A DNA stretch of 62,792 nucleotides, filler included. It is 6 parts of 6 records of this genome, joined end to end, with 100 filler letters (N's around TTAATTAATTAA, not from the genome) between each part and the next. Parts side by side here need not be neighbours in the genome. Positions count along the whole stretch, not along the records: positions 1 to 7,617 come from SRR31156797_6321; positions 7,718 to 33,711 come from SRR31156797_6324; 4 more parts are not named here. One strand, 5' to 3'. The position numbers and the translations under genes are program-made. The notes beneath the pieces are model-generated. The model was given only the letters and a program-made list of their open reading frames with translations. It was not told the origin of the DNA and did not search any database. Numbering within the stretch: position 1 is the stretch's first letter; every line of letters starts with the position of its first letter. Below are positions 1 to 9,406 of this stretch, piece by piece.

Positions 1-438
1 GATTCAGGATCCGTCAAATTCCTGTTTTCCCAATTTGTCAGCTATCATGAACAATTTGATGACGGATTTGTGAAAGTCAGAGAACATGCGGATCTGTTTG
101 CAGACTATATCGAATTGACCATTGGAGATGATGCATTCAATTGTTCGGTGGCGGAAGTTGAAAACAAGGTGATTGGATATTGTGTCTCAAAAATTGAGGT
201 AAAGCCCCCTGTTTATCCGAAGCCGAGTTACGGGTATATAGACAATCTGTGCATATCGGAAGGCCATCAAAGGCAGGGTATTGGATTGCGCCTTGTGGAC
301 GATGCAATGGCCTGGTTCAAAACAAAAAATATGTCTCGAATAGAGTGTTTTGCCGCGATCCAAAATCCCAAATCCACATCCTTTTGGAGAAAGGCGGGGT
401 TTCAGCCCTTGATGGAGCAGATGTATTATCAATTATAA
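1..438 (+). CDS. GNAT-family N-acetyltransferase (5'-truncated)
   Basis: Frame is open from base 1 (DSGSVKFLF...). Acetyl-CoA motif 'LCISEGHQRQGIGLRLV' and C-terminal 'FWRKAGF'. Confidence 0.85.
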   Translation, partial: DSGSVKFLFSQFVSYHEQFDDGFVKVREHADLFADYIELTIGDDAFNCSVAEVENKVIGYCVSKIEVKPPVYPKPSYGYIDNLCISEGHQRQGIGLRLVDDAMAWFKTKNMSRIECFAAIQNPKSTSFWRKAGFQPLMEQMYYQL

Positions 439-625
439 ACAAGTCTAATGATCGTTGCGCACAAATTCCGGGCCCCGGCATCTTCAGTCATAAATGACTA
501 TAAACGGGAAAGGCTGGGCAATGGATTATCTCTTTGTATAGCGGCTTTGGCCTATGGGCAAATACGAAAAAGTCTGAATTCCAAAACGATAATCCGGTGA
601 AAATATCCCAGACAGCATATGCCAT

Positions 626-1009
626 TTAACTGTTCAGACTTTTAATAAAAATCTTAATTTTTTCAAACGCATCATGGTCCATCCCATGTTCCATGCGGCA
701 TGCTATTTCATCCGCAATTTTTTCATCCAATTCTACATATTTGAAAAAAAAATGCTTGAGCAGATTGTGGCGGGCTGTAATATCCTTTGCAATTTTTTCC
801 CCCATGGGGGTAAGGGTCACAAATCCGTAAGGCTCATAATTGATCAACTCAAGAACGGCAAGTTTTTTGAGCATCCCGCTAACGGATCCGCGTTTGATAT
901 TTAGCCTTGACGCAATATCCCTTGACCGGGCAACGGTATTTAAGACCTGAAGTTCAAGTATGGCCTCAAGGTAGTCTTCATGGCTTTCGGAAAGCGCTAA
1001 TTCTTTCAT
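626..1009 (-). CDS. DtxR/MntR-family metal-dependent transcriptional regulator (short form, no FeoA domain)
   Basis: 'SESHEDYLEAI', HTH 'RSRDIASRLNIKRGSVSGMLKKL', 'ACRMEH' metal site. GGAGG RBS upstream. Confidence 0.9.
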   Translation of the reverse strand: MKELALSESHEDYLEAILELQVLNTVARSRDIASRLNIKRGSVSGMLKKLAVLELINYEPYGFVTLTPMGEKIAKDITARHNLLKHFFFKYVELDEKIADEIACRMEHGMDHDAFEKIKIFIKSLNS

Positions 1010-1210
1010 TATATCTAACCTCCAATATATACGGACAACAAAAACGGCCGGGCAACGCTGTTGTCATCAGCCTTCGGCCTTTTTGCAGAAAATAAGGAAA
1101 GACGGTTATAGCGAAGTTATTAATGAAATATCTACCCGAGTCCACCCGATTTTTACCCCGGGCCATCCGGATTAGCCAAATCGAATGTATCAGTTATCTA
1201 ATCACCCGGC

Positions 1211-2170
1211 TCAGCCCCTTATGAGCGCCAGATGCTTTTTTGGAAGAATATTGAAATGTTTTTTATAGGCACGGCTGAAATGGCTCACATTGGTGTATCC
1301 CACCGCAAATGCCGCCTGGCTGACGTTCATCCGGGTTTCATGGAAAAGCCGGTTCGCCTCATTCATCCGGTAGGACTGGAAATATTGATAAACAGAACTA
1401 CCGTAGTGCCGGTGAAAGCCCTGCTGGAGTTTGTTCATGTTCAAACCGGTTTCCCGTGCCAGCTGCCTCAGGCAGGGCGGAGAGGAAAGATCCCGGATCA
1501 AAAGGTCCCGGGCCTGGATCACCTGGTCCCTTTCATCCGGACAGAAGCCGGGCCTGGCATGGGGCAGGCGGTTGGCCCGGGCAATCTGGCCGGCCAGAAG
1601 CTCAAAGGCAATGGCCTGGTAAAAAAGCCGGGCCGGAGCGCCCTGTGCCGGTCCTGACACCAATCGTTCAAGAGCGGACCTCGCCTCAGCAGACATCCCG
1701 GCCCTGAATGCGTAAGTCTTGTTTGAAGACGCTTCCAGCAAGGACCTCAAGCCGTTGGGAAGGCTGTCCCGTTCCGGATAAAAAAGCCGGTAAAAGGCGG
1801 AAGGGGTCAGGTGAATGTGAAAAATCCGGAGCCGGGGCTGTGCAGGCATGACAAGCAGACCCTGCTGGCGTGGAATATACAGGATGCCGCTGCCCCCGGC
1901 GCTGTTGGTAAACGCATTGGCATATAGCCCTGGTATTGCCACATGGTTGGTGTAGTTCCCGGCCAGGAAAAAACCGAAATTAAACGTGGGTCCGTTCTTT
2001 TCATATTGAAAGGACAGGTCTGTGCAGGGCTCGATGTCCAGCATGCTCAGCCAGAACCCCTCATGGATACGGTATTTCCAGCGGGAAGCCGGAGACAGTA
2101 TTCCCTTGGGATCCCGGATCGGTATCGGGTTGTATTCGTCTCTTGTTTTATCAGCAGTTCGTCTGGTCAT
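1211..2170 (-). CDS. AraC-family regulator (PchR/YbtA-like)
   Basis: C-terminal double HTH 'LARETGLNMNKLQQGF...AAFAVGYTNVSHFSRAYKKHF'. The start is uncertain (ATG 2170 or TTG 2203). Confidence 0.88.
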   Translation of the reverse strand: MTRRTADKTRDEYNPIPIRDPKGILSPASRWKYRIHEGFWLSMLDIEPCTDLSFQYEKNGPTFNFGFFLAGNYTNHVAIPGLYANAFTNSAGGSGILYIPRQQGLLVMPAQPRLRIFHIHLTPSAFYRLFYPERDSLPNGLRSLLEASSNKTYAFRAGMSAEARSALERLVSGPAQGAPARLFYQAIAFELLAGQIARANRLPHARPGFCPDERDQVIQARDLLIRDLSSPPCLRQLARETGLNMNKLQQGFHRHYGSSVYQYFQSYRMNEANRLFHETRMNVSQAAFAVGYTNVSHFSRAYKKHFNILPKKHLALIRG

Positions 2171-2474
2171 ATCAGGCGTTGTCCCAAGGTAAACGGCAAA
2201 CAATGATGGCGCATCATCATATGCGAGAAATCACATTGGAAGTAGAATTAGGATAAAGCAGCGGTATTGTCAAGATATACACCCGTTCATAGTGACAGCA
2301 GCATCTTAAGGCCTTGGATTATATCTCCCGGACACCGAAATACGCCTTTCAGGGCAAAAAAAAAAGGGATTGGAGTAGAAAAAAGATCCGTCTCCAGGGT
2401 ATTTACCCGGAAAATGAACCACCGGCCCCATGACGATTCAGTCAGGTTTGCCCGGCACAAATAAAGGAGATAAT

Positions 2475-5400
2475 ATGTTATCATTTGGAATAGATATAGG
2501 ATATGCCGCCGTGAAAACTGCAGTGGCAAATGAAAACAACAGGATTATCCACACAGGCTATGCCTTGCACAAGGGAGATATCCGGACAAAATTGACTCAG
2601 CAACTGGACCAAATGGCAGCGGCCTTTGGTCCTGGGAATCTGACATTTGGTGCAGCCACAGGATCGGGCCGGCATATCCTGCCGGATTGGGTGCCGGCGG
2701 TCAACGAGGTCACAGCCCTTGCCGAAGCAGCCCGTGCGGCAGCCCCCCAGGCACGATCCGTGGTCGATATAGGTGCCCAGACCGCCAAATACATCACCGG
2801 CTTAATGGACGGTTCCGGCATAAGGATATCCATGAACGCCAATTGTGCCTCGGGCACGGGGGCATTCTTGGAAGAACAGGTATCCCGGCTCAATCTGAAC
2901 CTTGAAGATTATTCAGCCTATGCGGCCCGGGCCGGTTCTGTTCCCAGGATAGCAGGGCGGTGCAGTGTATTTGCCAAAACCGACATCACCCACCACCAAC
3001 AGGAAGGGGTGGGGGTCGAGGATATCCTCCTGGGCCTCGCCTTTGCCGTGGTTCGCAATTTCAGGGTCAGCGTCATGAAAAAACTTCCCCTTGAAAAGCC
3101 GGTCTTGTTTACCGGCGGCACCGCCCATAACCAGGGCATTATCAAGGCGTTCAAAAAAGTAATCGGCCTCGGGGATTCCGAGCTTATCATCCCGGAGCAT
3201 TTCAGCGCCATAAATGCGGCAGGCGCAGCCCTTATCGCCCAAAATCAGAAACTGAAAACCGGGATCACTGATCTTATAAACAAGGTCGGGGCATGGCGGG
3301 ACAAGGCAGATACCGTTTCCCATGACCTGTTCAGCCTGCCCCCCCTGGTCTCCTACGGCCGGGGGGACAGCGCGGGCAAACATGATATATCCACACCCCT
3401 TCCGCCGCAAAAGGCAGAAGACACAAAATCCTGCCCGGGATATTATCTAGGCATTGACGTGGGCTCCACCAGCACCAACCTGGTTCTTTGTGACAGGGAA
3501 AATCATGTGGTCAGCTACCAATACCTGAGGACCCACGGCGATCCGGCTGCAGCGGTCAACCAGGGGTTGGCAAAGCTCAAGGCGGACCTCGGAGAAAAGA
3601 TAAACATTCTGGGGACCGGCGTCACGGGATCTGGCAGGTACCTGATCGCCCGGATGTTAGGCACAGATATTGTCCGGGATGAAATCACAGCCCAGGCAAA
3701 GGCGGCCGCCACTCTTGATCCCGAAGTGGATACAGTGTTTGAGATCGGGGGCCAAGACTCAAAATTCATCTGTATCAGGGACGGCCGGGTCACCGACTTC
3801 CAGATGAACAAGGTTTGTGCAGCCGGAACCGGTTCGTTTATTGAAGAACAGGCCAAAAAATTCAATATCCCGGTGGAGCGGTTCGGGGAACTGGCCCTGG
3901 ACAGCGCCCATCCGGCAGACCTTGGAGAACGGTGCACCGTGTTCATCGAAACCGCACTGGCCGAACGCCTGTCCCGTGGTGCTTCCTTACCAGACCTGGC
4001 CGCAGGCCTCTGCTACTCCATTGTTAAAAATTATCTAAACCGGGTGGCGGGGCGGAAAAAAACCGGGAAAAAAATCGTTTTCCAGGGCGGACTGGCCCAT
4101 AACCAAGGCGTGGTCAATGCATTCAGAGCTGTTCTGGGGAAACAGATGGCAGTGCCCAGGTTTTTCAGTGTAACCGGGGCATTGGGTGCGGCCATCCTGG
4201 CCAGGGAAGCGTTGGATTCAGGCCAGTCCACAGCAGTGAAGCAAACCGCATCCCCATTACCAACCGGAGAGAGCCGGTTCACCAGTCATGTCCGGGATAT
4301 TATCTTCCAAGGGTATGACAACACCCTGGACACAGGGAAAAAGACCGTGGGTCTGCCCAGGGCTTTATTTACCTTCGGCATGTTCTCCATGTTTCACACC
4401 TTTTTCAAAACCCTGGGCTTTAATGTGGTCCTGTCCCGACCCAGTGATGAAAAAACAATTCGTCTGGCTCAGGAGCACGCCCTGGATGAAACCTGTTTCC
4501 CGGTCAAGCTGGTCAACGGCCATGTGGCACAGCTCGCCGCACAAAATGTGGATTATATCTTTTTCCCGGACCTATACACCATCAGCCACCCCGGATCCAA
4601 ATCCCGCCAGAATTACGGGTGTGCCTATATGCAGCTTGCCTTTAAAATCGTAAGCCAGGCCATTGACCTTTCCGCAAAGGGCATCACTCTGCTTTCGCCC
4701 ACCATTGCCTTTCATCTGGGACCTAAATTCATGAGCAAAAGCTTTGTCCGCCTGGGGCAACAGATCAACCGGGGAAAGGAAGAAACCCTAGGGGCACTCA
4801 AGGCGGGTATGGAGGCCTTTCACCAGTTTGAAGAACGCCTGGAACAAAGCAAAAAAAACGCCGTAAAAAGCCTGAAGCCGGATGAAAAGGCCTTTGTCCT
4901 GGTCTCTAAAATTTACGGGGTAGCCGACCCGATGCTCAACTTAGGCATCCCGGACCGGCTGGCCGAGATGGGATACAGGACCCTGCCGTTTTTCGACCTG
5001 CCTGAAGGAGACATCTTCCAGCAGCATCCCAACATGTACTGGCCTTTTGCTCAGCATATCCTGGACCCGGCCTACCTAGTCAAAGACCATCCAAACCTTT
5101 ACGCCATCCTGCTCACCCACCACGGGTGCGGCCCAGACTCCGTGGTGTCTCGTTATTTCGGCGAAATCATGTCGCCCAAGCCCTTCCTCAACATCGAGGT
5201 GGACGAGCATTCCTCCACCGTGGGAGTCATGACCCGGATCGAAGCCTTTGTCAACAGCATCTCAGGAATACCGTCCCGGAAAGCTCAAAGCATTGACACT
5301 TACCGGGCCGAAGCCGTTCATGAACCGGTCCGCATCTCCCAAAGCACCGAGGGCCTGCCCTCCGGCACCCTGCTTTTCCTGCCCGATCTGCCGCCCTATT

Positions 5401-6500
5401 CCGCCATCTTTAAAGAAATCATGCGCCGCCAGGGTATCAATACCCAAACCCTGCCCTCCACCACCCGTGCATCCATGGATCGGGGACGGCAGGAAACCGT
5501 CACCAGCGAATACGTTGCTCTAACCGCCCTGCTCGGTGACATCCTATCTGAAATGGACAGGAATGAGGTTCCTGAAATTAAACCGGACACACCGCCGGCA
5601 TTTTTCATCCCCCAAACCGAAGGGGCGGAGGTGGACGGTCAATACAGCCGGTTTATCCGGACCCGGCTGGACCAGGCCGGGTATAGTGAGAGTCCTTTGG
5701 TTTCCCCATTTATGGAGGATGCCCTGAACGGTGATCCGGACCAATTAAACCAAATTTTCTTTGGTCTGCTGGCCGGGGATCTTGTCATGTCGGCCCCGGC
5801 CTTGCATCGGAAGGCCCATCTTTCTTTTGTCACCAGCCAGATACGCAGGAACGGACCGAATCCGGCCATTCTGACCGATCTGGCCCGAACCGTTTACAAA
5901 GAACTTTCCCACACCCGGTTTGAAAACCGGTTTCTGGCGGTCGGCGACCCCCTGGTCATGTTCAACCAGGCCCTGAACCGCCATAGGTTCTCCAAGCTTG
6001 AAAAAATGGGGCACCAGGTATTGTATACCCCTTTAAGCGAGTACATGCGCATGTTCTGGCAGGATTACGCCAACCAGAACGGCCGGGAAAACAGAGCCCG
6101 GCTTCTGAGCCGCTTATCCACCCTTGACACCTGGTCCGGAATGCTGCACCGGATACTCAACCAAAAAGGGGCATTTGACCAGAACCCAGACCACCTTACA
6201 GCCATGGCCGACAATACCCTGGGGCTGTATGCCGGCAGCAACGGCCGGTATCGCCTAGCCAAATGTCTGGGAACGGACCTGCCCGTGGACGGAATCATTA
6301 CGGTATCATCCATGTACGAAAATACGGGCATTTCCCTAAACATCCTGCAACAACAAAACAAGATACCGGTGCTTAACCTCACCTTTGACGGGAACGACAA
6401 CCAGTCCGACACTACCCGCATCGAAGCCTTTCTTTTTTATGCGGGCCAAGGGCACAGACGGCACAGGGATGCGGCCCGCACCACATCCCATAAAGCTTGA
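2475..6500 (+). CDS. Multidomain CoA-substrate-specific enzyme activase (two BadF/BadG/BcrA/BcrD ASKHA ATPase domains plus dehydratase-like/DUF2229-type C-terminal region)
   Basis: Two copies of GID.G, 'MN..CA.GTG.F.E' and 'RC.VF' motifs. Later motifs 'ETCFPVK', 'HGCGPDS', 'EVDEH'. AAAGGAGA RBS before ATG 2475. Confidence 0.88.
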   Translation: MLSFGIDIGYAAVKTAVANENNRIIHTGYALHKGDIRTKLTQQLDQMAAAFGPGNLTFGAATGSGRHILPDWVPAVNEVTALAEAARAAAPQARSVVDIGAQTAKYITGLMDGSGIRISMNANCASGTGAFLEEQVSRLNLNLEDYSAYAARAGSVPRIAGRCSVFAKTDITHHQQEGVGVEDILLGLAFAVVRNFRVSVMKKLPLEKPVLFTGGTAHNQGIIKAFKKVIGLGDSELIIPEHFSAINAAGAALIAQNQKLKTGITDLINKVGAWRDKADTVSHDLFSLPPLVSYGRGDSAGKHDISTPLPPQKAEDTKSCPGYYLGIDVGSTSTNLVLCDRENHVVSYQYLRTHGDPAAAVNQGLAKLKADLGEKINILGTGVTGSGRYLIARMLGTDIVRDEITAQAKAAATLDPEVDTVFEIGGQDSKFICIRDGRVTDFQMNKVCAAGTGSFIEEQAKKFNIPVERFGELALDSAHPADLGERCTVFIETALAERLSRGASLPDLAAGLCYSIVKNYLNRVAGRKKTGKKIVFQGGLAHNQGVVNAFRAVLGKQMAVPRFFSVTGALGAAILAREALDSGQSTAVKQTASPLPTGESRFTSHVRDIIFQGYDNTLDTGKKTVGLPRALFTFGMFSMFHTFFKTLGFNVVLSRPSDEKTIRLAQEHALDETCFPVKLVNGHVAQLAAQNVDYIFFPDLYTISHPGSKSRQNYGCAYMQLAFKIVSQAIDLSAKGITLLSPTIAFHLGPKFMSKSFVRLGQQINRGKEETLGALKAGMEAFHQFEERLEQSKKNAVKSLKPDEKAFVLVSKIYGVADPMLNLGIPDRLAEMGYRTLPFFDLPEGDIFQQHPNMYWPFAQHILDPAYLVKDHPNLYAILLTHHGCGPDSVVSRYFGEIMSPKPFLNIEVDEHSSTVGVMTRIEAFVNSISGIPSRKAQSIDTYRAEAVHEPVRISQSTEGLPSGTLLFLPDLPPYSAIFKEIMRRQGINTQTLPSTTRASMDRGRQETVTSEYVALTALLGDILSEMDRNEVPEIKPDTPPAFFIPQTEGAEVDGQYSRFIRTRLDQAGYSESPLVSPFMEDALNGDPDQLNQIFFGLLAGDLVMSAPALHRKAHLSFVTSQIRRNGPNPAILTDLARTVYKELSHTRFENRFLAVGDPLVMFNQALNRHRFSKLEKMGHQVLYTPLSEYMRMFWQDYANQNGRENRARLLSRLSTLDTWSGMLHRILNQKGAFDQNPDHLTAMADNTLGLYAGSNGRYRLAKCLGTDLPVDGIITVSSMYENTGISLNILQQQNKIPVLNLTFDGNDNQSDTTRIEAFLFYAGQGHRRHRDAARTTSHKA

Positions 6501-6523
6501 TTCACGAGACAAAGGAGACCCAG

Positions 6524-6616
6524 ATGAAAACGAATATGGAAAAACTTTCGATCACCCCGGTGGGTTTTGTTCAAAATGCCATTTCAAAACCTTTCCTAAA
6601 AAAGGAAATATCATGA
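6524..6616 (+). pseudogene. 30-aa ORF resembling the N-terminus of a TsaA/TrmO-like methyltransferase (gene remnant)
   Basis: AAAGGAGA RBS, then MKTNMEKLSITPVGFVQNAISKPFLKKEIS*. The 'I.P(V/I)G.V.N.I..P' pattern is typical of TsaA N-termini. The stop overlaps the next ATG (ATGA). Confidence 0.45.
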
Positions 6617-7370
6617 ATAAAGACAGAATACAGAGGCTCAAGCAGAATCCCAGAAGGGAATTTATCCGGGCCATAAAAAAAAAGATGTTGCAGCCGGCCT
6701 GATAAAAACCGCCGAAATCCATGGACATTTCTGCCCAGGCAGCGCTTTTGGCGTCATGGCTACCCTCATGGGGCTGGAATTATTGAAAACGGTTCCGGTC
6801 GGACAAGGCCGGAACGTCCCCTCCCCAGAATCATCCTTTGGCATGGAAGACCTCATGGCCGTGGTGGAAATCAATGCCTGCTTTGCCGACGGTATCCAGG
6901 CCGTGTCAGGCTGCACCCTGGGCAACAACGCCCTGGTGTTCCGAGATCTAGGCAAAATGGCCGTGACGTTTGCTCTTCGCGGCCTTGGCAAAGGCATACG
7001 TATCCGTCTTAAAACCAATCTCAGAGAGCATGTAGACAAGGTCCAGCCGGACTTTTTTCCGCTAATGGAAAAAGTCGTCAGGGACAGGTCCGCCGCGGCA
7101 ACCGATATGGCCGCGTTCAGGGAGAAAGGCCGGGAAGCGGCATTTAACCTGATCCGGTTTCCGTTTGAAACCTACTTTGCCGCCCAGATAGTTGTGCCGG
7201 ATATTCCGCCCTGGGCACCCATGGTTCCGGGCCTTGTATGCCCGAGTTGCGGGGAGGTCGTGATGGCCACCAAAACCGCCGCCCCCAGTAACCGGGAGCG
7301 TATCTGCCTGACATGTGCAGGCAGCGGCATCCACCAGATAGACGGTCGGGGTATCAGGCTTTCGGAATAA
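6613..7370 (+). CDS. FmdE-family protein with C-terminal Zn finger, split by a frameshift at an A9 run (6675-6683)
   Basis: ATG 6613 with AAAGGA RBS reads MNKDR...AIKK. The -1 frame continues DVAAGLIKTAEIHGHFCPG...'CFADGIQAVSGCTLGN'...CPSCGE...CLTC. Confidence 0.82.
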
Positions 7371-7538
7371 TCAGGATCTGGGCCGAGAACCTGCCCCAAT
7401 AAGCCCACCGCCCCCTCAGTCCACAGGCGTTAAGGTCATGTTCTATTATTTTTTGGAAGGGAATTTTCATTGACATCCCCCTCTGCCAAAGCTCTCATAA
7501 CTGTCTTGGGGACAGATTATTGCAGAACTCTAAAATTT

Positions 7539-7575
7539 TCCGGCACAAAAACCAACACTTGGTTTTTGTGCCGGA
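7539..7575. repeat. Perfect 17-bp inverted repeat (hairpin or terminator-like)
   Basis: TCCGGCACAAAAACCAA-cac-TTGGTTTTTGTGCCGGA. Confidence 0.7.
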
Positions 7576-7617
7576 TGTTTGCGGATCAGATCAGGATGAT
7601 TTTTTCCTGGGGAAGCT

Positions 7618-7717
7618 NNNNNNNNNNNNNNNNNNNNNNNNNNNNNNNNNNNNNNNNNNNNTTAATTAATTAANNNNNNNNNNNNNNNNNNNNNNNNNNN
7701 NNNNNNNNNNNNNNNNN
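7618..7717. other. Artificial contig linker
   Basis: N44-TTAATTAATTAA-N44. Base composition changes across it. Confidence 0.98.
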
Positions 7718-7745
7718 AGTGCTCTGCCAACTGAGCTACACCCGT
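7718..7745 (-). tRNA. 5' fragment of a tRNA (probably tRNA-Trp; anticodon lost at the contig end)
   Basis: Minus strand ACGGGTG-TA-GCTC-AGTTGGCA-GAGC-ACT gives the acceptor 5' strand plus D-arm. Isotype is guessed from the ACGGGT start only. Confidence 0.75.
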
Positions 7746-7790
7746 GTGTTTTCGGCAACTCTACATGTTTGCCTTTTCAAAAGTCTTCGA

Positions 7791-7820
7791 CAAAAGTAGA
7801 ACATTTTTTCTTATCTGCAA
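7791..7820 (-). promoter_or_regulatory. Bacteroidota primary-sigma promoter for the tRNA
   Basis: -7 element TACTTTTG (TAnnTTTG) with TTGC about 20 nt upstream. Confidence 0.55.
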
Positions 7821-8001
7821 GTTCTTTGTAGAGCTAATTATTACATTTTATAATTGCTGATTTTCCCTTTGATTGCAGTAGGTTCAGGATGAGTGTTTTG
7901 TCAGGTTAAGATTTTTTATGCCAATTGTAAATATTTTCTGCATAAGTTTTAAAAATGTAGTAAATTATATGATATGCTTTTAATTTGAAAAATGCTTAGC
8001 T

Positions 8002-8445
8002 ATGAAGAATACCAAAAAAGAATATTCGAATGGAGAAGTTACGGTAGTTTACGACTCTGAATTGTGCATACATTCGGGTGCATGTTTTAAAGGATTGCCT
8101 CAGGTTTTTCAGCCAGGTACGCGACCATGGATTAAAATGAGTGGAGGAGAAAGCGAAGAAATTATGAAACAGGTTCAAAAGTGTCCTTCACGGGCTTTAT
8201 CTTTTTATATGAATTCTCCTGATACAGGAGAGATTGATAAAGGTCCCACAAAGGCTCTGGAAACAGGTAAAAAGGTGGAAGTATTAAAAGATGGTCCTCT
8301 TATGGTAGAAGGTCCAATGACCGTTATAGGAGCCGATGGAAAACGAAAGGCATTTGATGAGGCTTGTTATTTTTGTAGATGTGGATCCTCTAAAAACAAA
8401 CCATTTTGCGATGGTTCTCATCAGGAGATTGGATTTAAAGAATAA
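8002..8445 (+). CDS. Divergent 4Fe-4S mono-cluster (YjdI-like) plus CDGSH Fe-S domain protein
   Basis: 'CIHSGACFKGLPQVF...RPWI...CPSRAL' and 'CRCGSSKNKPFCDGSH'. Confidence 0.9.
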   Translation: MKNTKKEYSNGEVTVVYDSELCIHSGACFKGLPQVFQPGTRPWIKMSGGESEEIMKQVQKCPSRALSFYMNSPDTGEIDKGPTKALETGKKVEVLKDGPLMVEGPMTVIGADGKRKAFDEACYFCRCGSSKNKPFCDGSHQEIGFKE

Positions 8446-8476
8446 AAAGAAAGCACCTTTTAAGGTGCTTTCTTTT
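8445..8476. terminator. Bidirectional intrinsic terminator
   Basis: AAAAGAAAGCACCTT-tt-AAGGTGCTTTCTTTT between convergent genes. Confidence 0.8.
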
Positions 8477-8478
8477 TA

Positions 8479-9402
8479 TTATTCTGTTTTATGAATAACT
8501 GATGTTCGCGTTATGGAATAAACCGCAAAATAGCCAATTGCGTCATTTGTAATGTTGGATGTGATATTACCTGGAGGACCAGAAAACATGCTTTGTCCTT
8601 GATCCATTTCTTGCAATTGATTCACGAAATCATAATATCCTTCATCAATAGCATAGGTCTCTAATGTGATTTTATCCATATTTTGGAGAATCTCATCAGG
8701 TTTATATTGATTAAATTCACCTACATTACTACCTTTTGTTTTTTCTCCATTAAAGTAGGTATCCTCTTGTACCAAAACTTCTGTAATGGTATCATGTACC
8801 AATACATCATTTATTCTACAGGCAAATCCATAGTAATCTTCAGTTTCAATATTATCTTGCATATATAGTGATACCAACCAGAAAGCTCCTTCATCATCAT
8901 CATCACTTCCACGTTCCGATTCGTAATCCGGATCAAAATTCATTTCTATATAATCTACTTTATATGGCTGCTTCATAGTAGAATTCGCAACATACTCTTC
9001 CATGGTTCCATCTTTATTGATATCTACATTGGTAATAGATAATGAATAGGTTTTTCCCGGTTCTCCTGCAAATTCGATTTCACTTTCGTAGAATCCAGGT
9101 TTAGTTTCCTGGTAGTTATAGCTGGTACTTCCCTCATTTACACTAATTGTAGCATTTTTTACAGGGAGAGCATCCTGATTGTAAAATACATCACTCGATT
9201 CCTTAAGGATTACAAAGTGCTTTTTAAAATCGGAAGTTAGAGTTGCTTCTACTGACAATCTCGTTTCACCACTATCAACATCTACGCTAATTTCTTCTGT
9301 ACAACAAACTAGTAGTAAACTAACTGCTAATAGATATATTGGCTTTATATGCTTTCCAAAGAAGTTGAAAAATAAGATCATGTTCTTAAAATATATTTGC
9401 AT
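8479..9402 (-). CDS. DUF4249-family lipoprotein
   Basis: Lipobox-like 'LLLVCC'. C-terminal 'PGNITSNITNDAIGYF'. Lies directly after a TonB receptor. Start uncertain. Confidence 0.75.
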   Translation of the reverse strand: MQIYFKNMILFFNFFGKHIKPIYLLAVSLLLVCCTEEISVDVDSGETRLSVEATLTSDFKKHFVILKESSDVFYNQDALPVKNATISVNEGSTSYNYQETKPGFYESEIEFAGEPGKTYSLSITNVDINKDGTMEEYVANSTMKQPYKVDYIEMNFDPDYESERGSDDDDEGAFWLVSLYMQDNIETEDYYGFACRINDVLVHDTITEVLVQEDTYFNGEKTKGSNVGEFNQYKPDEILQNMDKITLETYAIDEGYYDFVNQLQEMDQGQSMFSGPPGNITSNITNDAIGYFAVYSITRTSVIHKTE

Positions 9403-9406
9403 GATT

